64,000 nucleotides of DNA from NCBI GenBank assembly GCA_951406725.2, contig OX597818.1, forward strand, positions 65,472,001-65,536,000. Direction: 5' to 3'. How positions within the stretch are numbered: the first letter of the stretch is position 1; each line of letters opens with the position of its first letter. This document shows positions 12,224-26,387 of the stretch, in pieces. Both the position numbers and the translations under genes were made by a program. The stretch is from Octopus vulgaris (Eukaryota). The notes below the pieces were generated by a model. That model ran no database searches. It was not told the DNA's origin and was given only the letters and a program-made list of their open reading frames with translations.

Positions 12224-12863
12224 ACAGGTTTTTAGTTAATAAATTATATTTTAATCCCCTCCCCATTAAACGCTAATAATTACAAATATATAACTACTAA
12301 GTGCTAAATTCTGTGTTCTGTATCATGCAGTCACACATTTATAAAGGATTAAACGAATATTGCTTCGTGAATAGTGCGTAAATCGGACCCAAATGGCCTT
12401 TTGTGTAATTCCAAGTCGCTGGTCCAATAAGGTTTAATATTTGCTGTAATTTTATATTACCTCCTATTTTTAAGTCATTGTTAAAATTAAAAATGCTTTC
12501 AAGAAATACGTTTTAATAAACGTATGAGCATTGCTTATACGTGTAGATAATTACGGTGAAACAACATTGAATATTGTAATGTGTTGCTCAAATTGCTGGA
12601 TAAATTGATTGTTATGTCGTTAAATGCTCGAAATAAGAGAGTAGTAAAAGAGCTAGCAACTGATGAAGGGCCGTTCTTTATCTTCTATGTCTTGTTTTCG
12701 ATTTGTGTCTTTCGTTGTTCGAAAAAATAGTTCGTATTCCACTTACTCGTACATCGCATATTTTTGTTGCACACGTTTCATGACGTCCTGTGCCCACATG
12801 CATATATATAGGTACAGATGTAAGTATGCATATATATATATCTATATATATATATATATATAT

Positions 12864-12921
<58 letters not shown>

Positions 12922-13104
12922 GGGTTGATAGATAGATAGATAGATAGATAGGTAGGTAGATAGATAGATAGATAGGAAGATAGATAGATATCCTTGAAAT
13001 ACACCACGACGTCTACAAACTTTTAACCTTTGAACTTGTTCATAAAAGCTGTCCCTTTCGTTTTCATTTTATTTTTTCAATTTATTTTTTTACATTCTTT
13101 TCAT

Positions 13105-13272
13105 ACGCCATGATAGATCATCTTTAGCTCCTACACGCATTTTTTGTCTCCTTCTTTCTCTCCTTCTTTTTTTCTGTGTATCTTTCTGTGGAAGAGCGTA
13201 GGCTCGAAACGTAAAAGACTTTTTCTATTTCTATTCCTGAGCGCTATACTAATACATTTGTTTGTTTGTACC
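13105..13272 (+). mobile_element. second copy of the 1340-1558 pLTR-like repeat
   Basis: TCTTTCTGTGGAAGAGCGTAGGCTCGAAACGTAAAAGA (13181-13218) with matching flanks. Confidence 0.65.
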
Positions 13273-15881
13273 ATTCAAATCTAAGGATCAGGTTTGAGAA
13301 AGATTTGCCACAAAAATTAACTCATTTACTCTTTCAATTTGAAATACAGTGAGATGAGCTGGTTTATTGGACAGAGGGAAAGATAATAACTCGCAGAAGT
13401 TTAGTTGCGCCATCGTGAGAAGATCCAGCTGAGTTTTGCGCTAAAAAATAATCCCACAATGGACGACATATTAGGAAACTTGAAATTAAAAGTCAGTGTG
13501 AATGATAGAAATCAAGAAAGAGAAATACAGTGAGGAATTACGGAAAGGGAAAGGGACCTGAAGTATTTCATCACACACAAGGACACGGCCCTCTCTCTCT
13601 CTACCTTTCACCTTCTCTCTTTCTCTCTCTCTCTCTACCTTTTCACTTTCTCTCTAACACTCTCTCACTTTCTCAAGCATACACATGCATCCACTTACAC
13701 ACAGGTGCACAAATATGCAAAAATTGGTACATGATAAGTGTCTGAGTGTGTGTCTATATGTGCGTGTGTGTGTGTATGTGTGTACACCCATAAATATATA
13801 TGCATGTGTGAGTGTATCTCTGGCCTCTGGCTTTATATCATTGTATTATTATTCAGTAAATGGTCCTTGTGCCAGTGTGCTGGAGAGAAGTCATTTAAAT
13901 ACTGTCCTCTCTCGCTCAAACACGCACACACACACACCTCTTCTCACTGACCCCCCCCCCCTCTATCTATCTCTCTTTCCCTCCAAATGCACCAGTGGAA
14001 TATCAAGCTTGTGTAATACGGATGGAAATATCATGGCTACACTAAAATAAAATCAGAAAAAGAAAATGTCATGCTTAAAGTCAAAACGCTTCACCGCTCC
14101 ATGATTAAAGGTGATGAACCAACAATTCTAAGTTAATACAACACGCATAAACACATATACATATAGAGACGTATCTATATATACACACAGACGCGCGCTA
14201 CATACAAACAAACACACACACACGTGTGTACGAGTTTGTCTGCATTTCAGTGTGAGTACGGAGCGATCTATCAATATCTCAGTCACAATATACGCGTGTA
14301 GATTTCTTTTTCTGTTTCCAGTATTGGTTCTAGCCAGAAGCGGTGATCATGCTGGAGCACTGCATCTGTTAATACGATGCGACACTATGAGAGAAAACTG
14401 ATTTATTATTTCTGAATGCTCGTAAGTTATATGTCAGTTACGGTTTTCTTAGAAAAATTCCATGCTCATAAAAACTAGAAGAAAACATATTTCATTCAAT
14501 TTTGAATGAATAAAATAGTAGTTCGGAGCAGCTCGTAGATAAATGCTTATAATTATTTATATATTCGTTCCAGAATATCTTAAGCAAATTACACTTGATA
14601 AGCGAGTGTGTCGTTTGGTAAATATTTGAAAGAAAAAAATTTGAAACTTCACCAAAAAGTAGATAAGCTGAACAATTACAATTTCTAAAATAATCTTTCG
14701 CACTCAAAAGACAAAAAAAGAGTAACAAACATTCTTGCATGACGTTTCACAACTATTTTCAACAAGCTTCGGAGAAAAATATTTAGACTTAAAAAAAAGA
14801 AATTCAATTGTGAAGCCAGAAAATTCATTTTAGTAAAAGTAGTAAATATCTGTTTTACTTACGTCTATGATAAATTGTGTTCTTTTTTGTGTTTCGAAAA
14901 GTTTTCACAGTGAAATTACCAAAAACAGGGTTAAGTAAGTTGATTGGAAAAACTTATACAGTGTTCGCGAGAATCATTTTTCTCTCATAGCATACAATTG
15001 AAATAATTCTGAATAATTCTTCTTCAGCATTTAACAGAAATCTGTCAAGTAGTGGTTATTCATCAACCCTCACACAATATGTACAGACTATTACGGATAG
15101 TGAGTACTTCTTTTTGAATATATATCTTCTTAACATTATCAGAAACATGGGTCTTATCTGACACGTATAGGAATATATATCAGTTGCGCAAAGAAAGATT
15201 AAGTTTTTAACTACGAGAAATACAATTGTAAGACATAAGTATATCTTCTCACCACATTTTCATTTTGGGGTATTTTAAGTCTTCTTAGATTGTAATGGAT
15301 TTAAACGTACGACTGATGTTTGATTCACAGGGAATCCATCCCTTCATGTTTTATTGTAGAAGGAAATTGTTGGCAGCTGTGAAATAATAGGTTAACAAAC
15401 GACATCCATTCGACGTATCAATGCATTTGCTAAAGTACCATACACCTCTGAATGTCACTAGGAAGTAGACATGATCTGATCAAATATTTCACGATATCGT
15501 TTTGGTAAACATGTTTAAAAAAACTCATTACTTACGTATAAACAGTTTGGAACTATTTTAGAGTAAATTTATATTTCTCGTCTGGAAAAGTAATTTTATG
15601 ATATTTTTCATCTCATCAACATTATTGTAAATTCGTTTACACTTTCACAAATCCATATATAATGTATTTGAAGTGGAGATTAGCGACGCCGTAACTTCAA
15701 GTAACGTAGTATATGAGTACGTATTAAGAGGTTTCTTTTACCATTAGAATTACAAATATCTATGTTAACATATTGTGACACTTACGTAGTCATTATGGCA
15801 ATACATAAGTTTTTTAAAATCTTAAAGATTGCATTCAAAACACAATGCGAATATAAGTAACCAGGCACCACAGCCAAAGTG

Positions 15882-16269
15882 CAGTGATACCGCGCACTAC
15901 GAGGTTAATTCGTTCCGTGACTGAGCTCGTCTTACGATTTACTCATTTTACAAATCGATTTTCCCCATTGAAATAAACTAAAACATAATTAATCCGTTCC
16001 AGACCCCCAAAACCACTCAACCACTAAAAAATAATTTTTTTTTGGTTTAAAACAGAAAAGCTGTAGTTACAAGTAAAATGCCAATTATAAGAAAGGGGAT
16101 GCAAAAGAAATATGTAAACTGGTTTTATTAACTGAATTATCTTAAAGATGGGACGATTCGTGTGGTCGTACTGCGGATTTCCCCTCGCACTTAAAGACAC
16201 AAAATTGCACAAGTCTTGGCTCGTACTGCAAATTACGCGAACAATGGGGCACTCGTAAGTTCAACTGTA
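15882..16269. mobile_element. Tigger/pogo-like non-autonomous DNA transposon
   Basis: Begins CAGTGATACCGCGCACTACGAG and ends CTCGTAAGTTCAACTG-TA (degenerate TIRs). Internal CCCCATTGAAAT..ATTAATCCGTTCCAG motif. Confidence 0.55.
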
Positions 16270-16384
16270 TTAAGTCAGAATTCAGGTTGTGTATAATATC
16301 TTATATTGTAATACCGGAAATAAATCAGTGACATATTGTTATGTCTAGATACAAACACATGTGAGTTTGACATTATAATTATTA

Positions 16385-16773
16385 TTTTCTATTCTAGGAA
16401 TGCCCAAATATTGGGGGAGAGGGCGAGTCAATTAGATCGACCTAAGTACGGAACTAGTATTTAATTAATAGACTGTGAAAGGATGAAAGGCAAGGTCGAC
16501 CTCAGCGGAATATGAACTCAAAACATAAAAACAGACGAAATACCTATTTCTTTACTATCAACAAGGGGCTAAACACGGAGAGGACAAACAAGGACAGACA
16601 AACGGATTAAGTCGATTATATCGACCCCAGTGCGTAACTGGTACTTATTTAATCCACCCCGAAAGGATGAAAGACAAAGTCGACTTCGGCGGTATTTGAA
16701 CTCAGAACGTAGCGGCAGACGTAATACCGCTAAGCATTTCGCCTGACGTGCTAATGTTTCTGCCACCTCACCG
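16385..16773 (-). mobile_element. SINE family C, dimeric copy
   Basis: One tRNA head, two cores (GTCGACTTTG(C/T)CTTTCATCCTTTC) and a CCTAGAATAGAAA tail. Confidence 0.85.
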
Positions 16774-16783
16774 TTTTTGGTCC

Positions 16784-17365
16784 TATTCTTTTCTATTCTA
16801 GGCACGAGATCCGAAATATTTCGGAAGAAAGCCAGTCGATTAGATCGACCCCAGTTAGCAACTGGTACGTAATTTATCGACCCTGAAAGGATGAAAGGAA
16901 AAGTCGACCTCGGCGGAATTTGAAATCAGAACGTTAAGACAGACAAAATACCTATTTCTTTACTACCCAAAAGGGGCTAAACAGAAAGAGGACAAACAAG
17001 GATAGACAAAATGATTAAGTCGATTATATCGACCCCAGTGCGTAGCTGGTACTTAATTTATCGACCCCGGAATGATAAAAGGCAAAGTTGACCTCGTCGG
17101 AATTTGAACCCAAAACGTAACGTCAGACGAAATACCTATTTCTTTATTACCCACAAGGGGCTAAACACAGAGGGGACAAACAAGGACAGACATAGGTATT
17201 AAGTCGATTACATCGACCCCAGTGCGTAACTGGCACTTAATTTATCGACCCCGAAAGGATGAAAGGCAAAGTCGACCTCGGCGGAATTTGAACTCACAAC
17301 GTAACGCAGACGAAATACCGCTAAGCATTTCGCCCGGCGTGCTAACGTTTCTGCCAGCTCGCCGC
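16784..17365 (-). mobile_element. SINE family C, trimeric copy
   Basis: Head GGCGAGCTGGCAGAAACGTTAGCACGCCGGGCG, three cores spaced 183-184 bp apart, and the same tail. Confidence 0.85.
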
Positions 17366-17603
17366 TTTGATCCTATAATTGTTGACGAATATAAGGAAAG
17401 CTCATAAACGCCGATTTCCATATAAGTTTAGTGAACACGCTGTGCGATATATTTTGAATTAAGTTGTGAGAAACTCTATCACAATATCTTACACCAATAT
17501 AAGATTCTAAAATATTGTATCAATTTTCAGAGAATGATTATGATGATTCACATAATATTTGAAATATTGATCGATAGGAATGAAGCTATTTTTTATCAGA
17601 GTA

Positions 17604-17653
<50 letters not shown>

Positions 17654-17674
17654 TTATTATATATATATATATGT

Positions 17675-17888
17675 CTTGCAAACAACTTGCACATGCAAGT
17701 GCTACCAGTTAAAAGCTCCGTATATCGGAAGCGACCAAGTGTATGGGGTCATCAGGAGAGAATGCGCGTTGTTTCGGGGCCTACCTCTCGACGGCATCAA
17801 TGCGCACCGGCCCCCCTCACTGATATGAGGCCCCGCTTGCTAGATCAGCTGGTTGTGAAGAACTCAATATACTTCTAGCCATCGCTCA
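17675..17888 (-). repeat. GC-rich structured insert in (TA)n with hammerhead core words
   Basis: GGGGCCT..AGGCCCC inverted pair, followed on the minus strand by GAAAC, then CTGATGA before a second hairpin. Confidence 0.4.
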
Positions 17889-18794
17889 TATATATATATG
17901 TGTCTGTGTTTGTGCGTGTGTAGGTGTATATATATATATATATATACCTACGTATATTTAAAACACACGCTGATATGTATATGCTACATGTATATTACTT
18001 TCATCGGTTTCCCTTATATTTGTATGATTTTCTGGTTTTGGTAAAACGCATTGCAGCAAACTTCAATTTATTATCTTAGGAATCACTTTGCATGTTGGTT
18101 AATTAAATCTGTAAAAGACTGTCGCAGATGTTTGGAGATGTTTATCACACTTTGTAATATGGCGGAAATATTCAGAAAATGTTAATACTATTCACAAGTT
18201 TAGTGAAGGTTTCCTTTTGTACTTGCAAGTGTTATCAGCTCTTCGCAAACTCTTTATCATAAACTAAGATTTTGTATACAGTGCGAGAAAAATGTTCATA
18301 CAAACTGTGCCGTATAGGGATCAAATATCTCCTATTTTACAAACACACGTTCATATAGTAACATACATAAATATCCATAGACGCTCATAACAAAAAATCA
18401 CACACACACACACGCAAGAGCGCGCGCGCATGCACACACACAGCAACGAGGAGATCAGAGCATAAGTTTTCAAAACTTTCTGATCGGGATTAGGCGAACT
18501 TCACTGATGAAAGAATCAAGAACTACTCGTACAAAAACTTTACCAGCTTCTTTTATTTTGAGTGAATATTTGCGCTGAAATACCCTCAGACACAGAAAGA
18601 CATCCATTCATTCATTCATACATTCATTCATACATACATACATACATACATACATACATACATACATACATACATACATACATACATACATGCATTATGG
18701 CTGCCCCCTCGTTATCGAGTATGGCCATTGCATGAAGCTTAACTGTTACTGGTGCTGTGATCGAATGTGACATACATAAATACATACATACATA

Positions 18795-20690
18795 CTTCCC
18801 TGTATCTGACAAGAAATGTTACATGTATCTAAGGGTGGAGGAATATATATCTTACAGTGGCACTTGTAACAAAACACGTGTCACTACAGAATATTACAGT
18901 CGAATAAAGAAAATTCCGACCTCAGAGCTCTCTGCATTCAATAAAACATTGGCCCACAATGTGTTTGCAGATATCAACATTTCGGCTGCTTGATTGGACG
19001 CTTCATAAGGTCCCAGCCATTGATGTGAAAACCCGAAAAATACTAGCAAGTACGAATAATTTCCACATAAACAGGGACGTAGACCGCCTTTATCTAAAAC
19101 GTAATCAAGGCAGAAGTGGCTTAACATTGATGCAAAATGTCTTTGAATGTTGCAACATATCACTTCAGCAGCATCCTTTAACCACAAAGTGTAGATGTGC
19201 ATCCCTTGAACAAGTTTGCTGATAACATACTAATTCTTCGAAGGCAGCTCCTTGAGCAACACTCTTTGTCTGATAACCTAGAACAGATGCCCAAAGAAGT
19301 CACAAGACTCTACCGCAACGTATCATTAGATAAAAAGATGAGCCTATATAAGTAGAAAACTATACATGAATATGTTACTAGAAAGCTCCGTGATGATAGT
19401 AACATTGATCATCAAAGCAGTTTATCATTGACGAACAACCGGATTGCTATCTCCCACTTTGAAGGGTATGCGTTTGCAATCCTGGAACAGGAAATATCAA
19501 CCAAGTACGTGATGCACAAAGGAGATAGAGATGCAGGTAAAGCCGTAAAATGTGACAACCGATGCAGACTTTGTGGAGTTTCACACTGAAGATATTACCC
19601 ACATGAAAAGCAGTTGTCCGAAAATGTCATCACGGTATTATTTACAGATTAGACATGACGTTGTAGCTAGGACACTCTATAATGAAATTCGTCGTAAGGA
19701 TAATCCCAAGGACACAACATAAGAACCCTCAATATGGTAGAATCCATAGACACTCATAACGAAAAGAAAAATTGGTAGAATGTAACAGTGAAGACTTAAT
19801 AAAATACAAGAAAAAGAAACCTGATATAATGATTTGCTATAGAGAAGAGAAACTGTGCACAGTTGTGGAAATCAGCTGCCCAGCGGATGTTAACATAAAG
19901 CTGAAGATCAGTGAAAAAGAGAACATTTACGTTGAACTATTGAGAAATCTGCAGTTACTCTATCCAAATTAAAAGGTCATGTTAATACCTGTAATTATTG
20001 GGGCTCTGGGATTGCCTAAATACCAATCTTGAGAAATTAGGATTCTCAAAACCGGAAAGGAGAAAGCTAATTCGAAGATACAGATCCAATCCATCGCTGG
20101 AACTGAAAAATATGTAAAACTTTCTAGAAGTTTCTCATTTAAATATATATGAGCATGTTTAGATATGCAACTATATGCATGAGAACATATACATAAAATA
20201 TACAAATCTGCACTTACATACATACAAATATCTAAACATGCATAGCTACCTACCTACCTACCTACCTACCTACCTACTTATCTATCTACCTACCTACATA
20301 CATACATACAAACACGCAAAATTACCTTCTGTTGATGTTGAAATTCCAATGCAAGAGAATTGTATAGAGGTTAGAAACTGGCTCTTTCTCTATTCGCCAG
20401 AAATCTTGAAATAAACTGAATAAGAACATACGTACATACATGCATACACATACATACAAACATACATGCCTACATACAAGTTCAGAGTTATATCTGTAAT
20501 TATTGTGTCATTGGGATATGTAACACGCATCCTAAATACAATTCTTAAGAAATGAGGCTTCTCAAAACTACAAAAAAGAAAGCTGATTCGAAGATTACAG
20601 GACCGATCATTCGCTGGAACAATAAAAATCGCTAAAACTTCCACAAGTTTCTTACTGAAATAAAACAAAACGCACATATGCACATATATG
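18795..20690 (+). mobile_element. decayed R4/Dong-like LINE 3' half embedded in (TACA)n, with a second 3'-end fragment at 20480-20690
   Basis: DVDRLYLKRNQGRSGL, CRLCG, KPDIMICYREEKLCTVVEISCP and IPVIIGALG motifs. (TACA)n-type repeats at 18627-18690, 18770-18794, 20215-20310 and 20427-20478. Confidence 0.85.
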
Positions 20691-20693
20691 TAA

Positions 20694-20754
<61 letters not shown>

Positions 20755-20811
20755 CGGTGGTGCCCCATCATGGCCGCGGCCTTCGGGCTAAAACATTTTT
20801 AAAGGATTTAA

Positions 20812-20859
<48 letters not shown>

Positions 20860-20924
20860 CACACACACACATATGAACATACACACTCGTGCACACATGT
20901 ATATATATCTATATAGACAAAACA

Positions 20925-22160
20925 GGAAATATTTACTCTTTCCTTTAGGAAATATATGCCAAGCTCTATAATAGGAACTAAGTGGATTCCGTGAAAAGAT
21001 CTGCTATATGCGCAATACTAAGCTTAACACTAAAATTGCGTATCTCCTTCCTAATATTAACTCCGAACCCAGAGAGAGTTCTTCCACTCAATGTTAAACC
21101 GACAACTCTCACAAAAGAAAACCTACACATCACGATCGTCAGCCCACGCATGCAACTTCAAAACATCAGTAAATACAGGTATCCGTACTTCGGAACACCT
21201 ACTACACAACAACAAACCTCCCTTCCCATATACACCAGCTACAACCACACACTCTAAACAATCTAAGGCCAGGAAGCGCGCGATCTTATGATTAGCACCA
21301 CCTTCGACCCTCCAACTTAATTGCCTACCTAATCTTTTTCATCCTAAACCTTATCTTCCCACCAAAATATAAATTTGACCGTATCTTTGATAAATCTTCC
21401 GTGAAAATTCCCTACTCTACCATACCTAATTGAGGATACTTAATCGCTTCCACTAACCAATAATAGATGCAAATTCCAACGCCAGTCATGGGAACATCCA
21501 ATTACTCACACTGCCGCCCAAATTAACCCACCTACCAGCAATAATATAATCCTCAGTAACCACACTTGCCTATTTAATACCAGACTCAAGGTACCGTCCA
21601 ATAATTCTACCCACATGACATCATGTACTAACAGCAATAACACATACTGATCCAATACTGATACAGATTGCCCTCTGTCATTAATAATGGTCTAACGGAG
21701 TCTGATCTCCTCAGCTGCAAACTCCAACTGCAGAGCAAATAGAAAAACTTGCACTTGTCGGGTTTCTCACCTATGCCCCATTCAATGTCTCTTTCTACGT
21801 AAAAATGTAGTCTACAAGTGCCTTGTTATAAAACCATGCTCACACTAATCAAGAGTATACGTCGGTGACATATGTGATTAGATGCGCTGTAATTCTGCAC
21901 ATATGATCACTTTCCCCCAAACAAATTCTAAATAATCAACCTCCGGTAATATCTTATGTACACATTAAATTTCAACATATTTCTTATATCATATCCGGGG
22001 CCATAGGATGTGAGGCCTCCCCATATAACGCAAACATCGGTATATGTAAATTATGTTTAAAAGAATTGCGAACCTTTCTTCGCCTCCACAACCCTTCAAA
22101 ACTTTATAGATTCTCCTGGTAATTTAGTCTTTTAAACACAGGTCTATTTCACCCATAAAC
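20925..22160 (+). pseudogene. decayed Naiad-like Penelope element (linker plus GIY-YIG)
   Basis: RKRAIL*LAPP, FPPKYKFDRIFDKSSVKIPYSTIPN, CTCR..LCP..KNVVYKC, YVG and SPYNANIGICKLCLKE. Confidence 0.75.
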
Positions 22161-22377
22161 TATATATATACATATGTGTATGTATGCGTGTATAGGTGTA
22201 TACGTATATATGAAGTAAAGAGTAAAAGAGTCAAAAGGAAGAGTAAGTACGGTTAGGCAGCATTATTATGATAACTACCAATGATTCGATGCATATAGAT
22301 CTACGTATATACAGAAGATTTAATTTAAAATTAAATTAGGCAAGAATAATGATAATACTACCGGGTATTTGGTTATT

Positions 22378-22482
22378 CTATGTATGTATGTATGTATGTA
22401 TGTATGTATGTATGTATGTATGTATGTATGAATGTATGTATGTATGTATGTATGTATGTATGTATGTATGTATGTATATATG

Positions 22483-22513
<31 letters not shown>

Positions 22514-22572
22514 ATATGTATATATGTATGTATGTATGTATGTATATATGTATATATGTATGTATTATGTAT
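22378..22572. repeat. (TATG)n microsatellite
   Basis: Direct inspection. Confidence 0.95.
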
Positions 22573-23056
22573 GCGAAGTAGTGTCTCTCTTCTGTATCTC
22601 TTTAGACTTCTAGCTTCGCCAGAATCTAAAGGCCTTCAATCCCAAATTCTCAAATTCTCTTTTTAGATGATATATTTTCCAGAGAATGCATTATTCATGT
22701 CGAAATTGCGCGTTACTTTCATAGTCTTCAGTTCCTCTGGCATTTCTAATTTACTAGTAAACTCACGTAGACATGAATGTAATTTATTCTTATAAAATAC
22801 TGAATGCTGAAGAACGAGACAAATAGAAGACTACTTGAAATAAACAGTAAAAACAATAAAGCTCCCTCAGCAATCTTTGAAGACTGTCATATAAGCAATT
22901 GATATTACGGTCGATTGAACGACAATATTCATGTTTATATGTTTTACAGAAAATAAATCCATTTTCATATACCGTCTTCACGACAAAATATCACTCACTC
23001 CAAAAGACTAAACAACAGCGCATAATTCTGTCTCTTGATACTCCTTGAGCAAAATA

Positions 23057-23278
23057 CGGTGAACTGGCAGAAACGTTAGCACTCCGGGCGAAAAGCCTAG
23101 CGGTATTTCGCCTGCCGCTACGTTCTGAGTTCAAATTCCGCCGAGGTCGACTTTGCCTTTAATGCTTTCGGGAAACGATAAATTAAATACCAGTTTCGTA
23201 CTGGGGTCGATCTAATCGACTGCCTCCCTCCAGCCCCAGAAAAACATTCGAGACTCGAGCCTAGAGAATAAAACAATA
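23057..23278 (+). mobile_element. SINE family C, monomeric copy
   Basis: GGTGAACTGGCAGAAACGTTAGC..GAGTTCAAATTCCGCCGAGGTCGACTTTGCCTTT..CTGGGGTCGATCTAATCGACT..GCCTAGAGAATAAA. Confidence 0.85.
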
Positions 23279-23289
23279 TTTTAATTTTA

Positions 23290-23486
23290 CTTTTTCGTTT
23301 GATACAGTCATCAGACTGTGGCCTCGATGAGGCACCGCCTTTACCTATTGAAGTAGAACAAATCGACTGCAATACTTATGATCCTTTTAGTTAGGGCTGG
23401 TAGTAATTGTAGCCATACCTTTTTAGGAATGTTTCAGTTATGGGAACGTAAACGCACGTAAACCAGTTGTGAAATGGTAGTGAAGG

Positions 23487-23578
<92 letters not shown>

Positions 23579-23735
23579 CGATAGGCTTCTTTCAGTTTCC
23601 TTCCACAATATCCTCTCATTACATATTGGTCAGCCCAAAGCTATAATAGAAAACATTTGCCCAATTTGCCGATCAGTCAAGACAACCCCGGCACCATGTG
23701 ATTGCGAAGCTAACTTCTGTCTTCTCAGCCACACC
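23290..23735 (-). mobile_element. SINE family B, degraded, with expanded internal (CA)n
   Basis: Homology to 52424-52775 on both sides of the (CA)n tract. Confidence 0.7.
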
Positions 23736-25039
23736 TAAAACTAGCGATGATATAGGAATTTCGAGATTAAAGGGCGCCTGGAATGAACCAGTGGAAATCT
23801 ATTTTAGAAACAAATAAATTGTCTTTGGCGGCAAGAAACGGAGAGAAGCTTACATCAGTTATGAGTACGTAATAAGATTTAGGATGGTAAAAACGCGTGT
23901 TGCAGTGACGACGAGTGTTACAAATATTTTGGCACTTGTCAACTTCTATGCGGTTATCGATTCTTAAAGAAATGAACGTGTTGCTGCTGGCTGACATTAG
24001 ATATGAAGACATGTCCTTTATATATGGCGGCCGGTAGCGAAAGGCAATATAGAATTGTGTAGTAGGTGAGCATGCATAAAGAGGATGTACCACAAGAAAT
24101 TCCCCAGATATTTAACACATTAGAATGCGTTACATGAACAAGAGATGTGGTTGGAAAGTATACACTGTTATATATTCAGCATTACATTGAGCTAAAACAA
24201 AATAAACACATATATTGAAAGTGTATCGTAGTATATCGAAAGATGTTCTATGTCTACATGTTTGTCTCTTCACCCGTTTGAAAATAAATTTACTGGCGCA
24301 GCACACCACGACAGCAGTTGGAACTTAACCCTGATCGTGGTTTACCACATGCAACAAGTGAAACGTACAGGTGTATATAATAGGCACTAATGATAATATT
24401 TGACTACGATATACATGGAATAGTGATATCAAACATAATCTATTTTTCCATTATGCCAATTGAAATATATAAATAATATTATTTGGAACGAAATTGACCT
24501 TGGAGACGAAGAGCAGATGATGAGGTGGAGGAAGCTGGCGTTGGAGAAAACCATGACGATGATGATCATAACTGTTAATGAGGAATTTGATGGGAATGAA
24601 GGGGATGTCATTCACCTTATATTACCTAACTTTATAAGATACAAGATAATTCACAGGGTGCCAAAGGTAGTACTCAATGTGGTTTATCACAAAGGATATT
24701 TATAGCAATAAGAGCAGCAGTTTATTTTGCGTTTAAAGGTCAATTTATGTCATTAAGCCATGTTGTATAATGAAGAAGTAATTATTACACCACCTGCCAC
24801 GGGAATATTGATTACATGATCTGCGTAATGGGACAACGGCCAGGATGAATCGGTAGAAATTTGAAACACTCAGAACAGAAAACTGTTAAATGATACGGTG
24901 ACCTGTATAAAGATATTTGACAGATTTTAGAAGGCAGCTGTCGTGGTCTCAGGCAATGGGTATGTGAGAAAGATTGAAATATAAATACTGCCTCCAGATC
25001 CAGGTGTCACAAGGTTTGTTACCTGAGTTCTGTAGAAAA

Positions 25040-25220
25040 TATGTCACTGACATAATTCCATTTCCTTTGCACGGTATCCCACTGTCGTGGAATTACTAAT
25101 TTACAGCAGAATTCAATGGAGAAACGTGCAATGACGTGTCTTGTTCCCGTCTGGGAATCGAAATCACGATCTTAGAATCGTGGGTGGAAAAATAGTAACG
25201 ACTAGGAAGCGCAACCTCAC
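25040..25220 (-). mobile_element. old tRNA/CORE-like SINE remnant
   Basis: GGGAATCGAAATCACGATC (reverse B box), preceded by GTGCAATGACGTGTCTTG. Confidence 0.4.
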
Positions 25221-26202
25221 ATGTGGGCGAAATTTTACCAAATGTTAATTATATCGCTATACAAAATAGTTTATTATTTTTGCAAACGTAAGCGTTCAAA
25301 TGGGTTCAGAATGTGGCTGTTTCTGAGGATTATGTAAATACCATCGGATATAAAGTTGCGAAAAATCCTATTGCAATAGCAATACTGACACAGTCATCGT
25401 AACATTTTAATTGGGATTGAAAATATATTCACCAGGTACATTTAAGTATTGCCATTGTGTTAATTGAGAATCACAAACGCATGGCGGTTTAATTGTTTAT
25501 TACCTTCAACATTCCCACAAATGTCTTGTCTAATAACAATGGTTTATGAACTTGGAGCGCCAGATTGATAACAATATAGATGATATGATGAAACAAAGTA
25601 GGCTTGATTTATATTTGAGATTGTTAGTAATTAATGACTCTGTGATACTAAAGAATGCAAAGGATTTATTAGGTGAGATAATAGCTCGAACGTTGTGTGT
25701 GAGGAAAATACGTAATCTGTTGTTGGTGCATTGGTGATAGCTCTGACAGTATTAACGATTATTCTAATTTAATAAGTGAGGCAAGGATGAATATTATAAA
25801 TGTTGTTGCACTCTTGGCGAAATGTGACGGAGACGAACCATTGTAGAAATAACACTGGCATTGATTATTTTTGCTAAAATTAATGTACAGATTCTGTTTG
25901 CCTGCAAAAGATCCTAACTAAATAAAGTGGTTTCGAATAAATACATCGGCAACAAAACTATGAGAACGAAGCTCAGCGGTTACAACCTGGATAACATATT
26001 TTGCACAAATTGATATTATCACATACACGTACAAAATAAAAAAAACAAAACAGCTAGGATAGGAGCACCTCCATCCAGGATTAACGGTGCTCTTATATGG
26101 CTTTGAATATTGGTACCAAAATAGGTAATATAACGGTAAACAGGAATACTAAGACACACGGTTACCAAAGGGCTTCCAACAGTAGGCTTAGTGCTGCTAT
26201 AA

Positions 26203-26387
<185 letters not shown>

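Noticed and set aside
16385-17365. CRISPR-like repeat-spacer array
   Set aside because: Units are ~184 bp, the spacers are homologous to each other, tRNA A/B boxes are present, there are no cas genes, and the context is eukaryotic.
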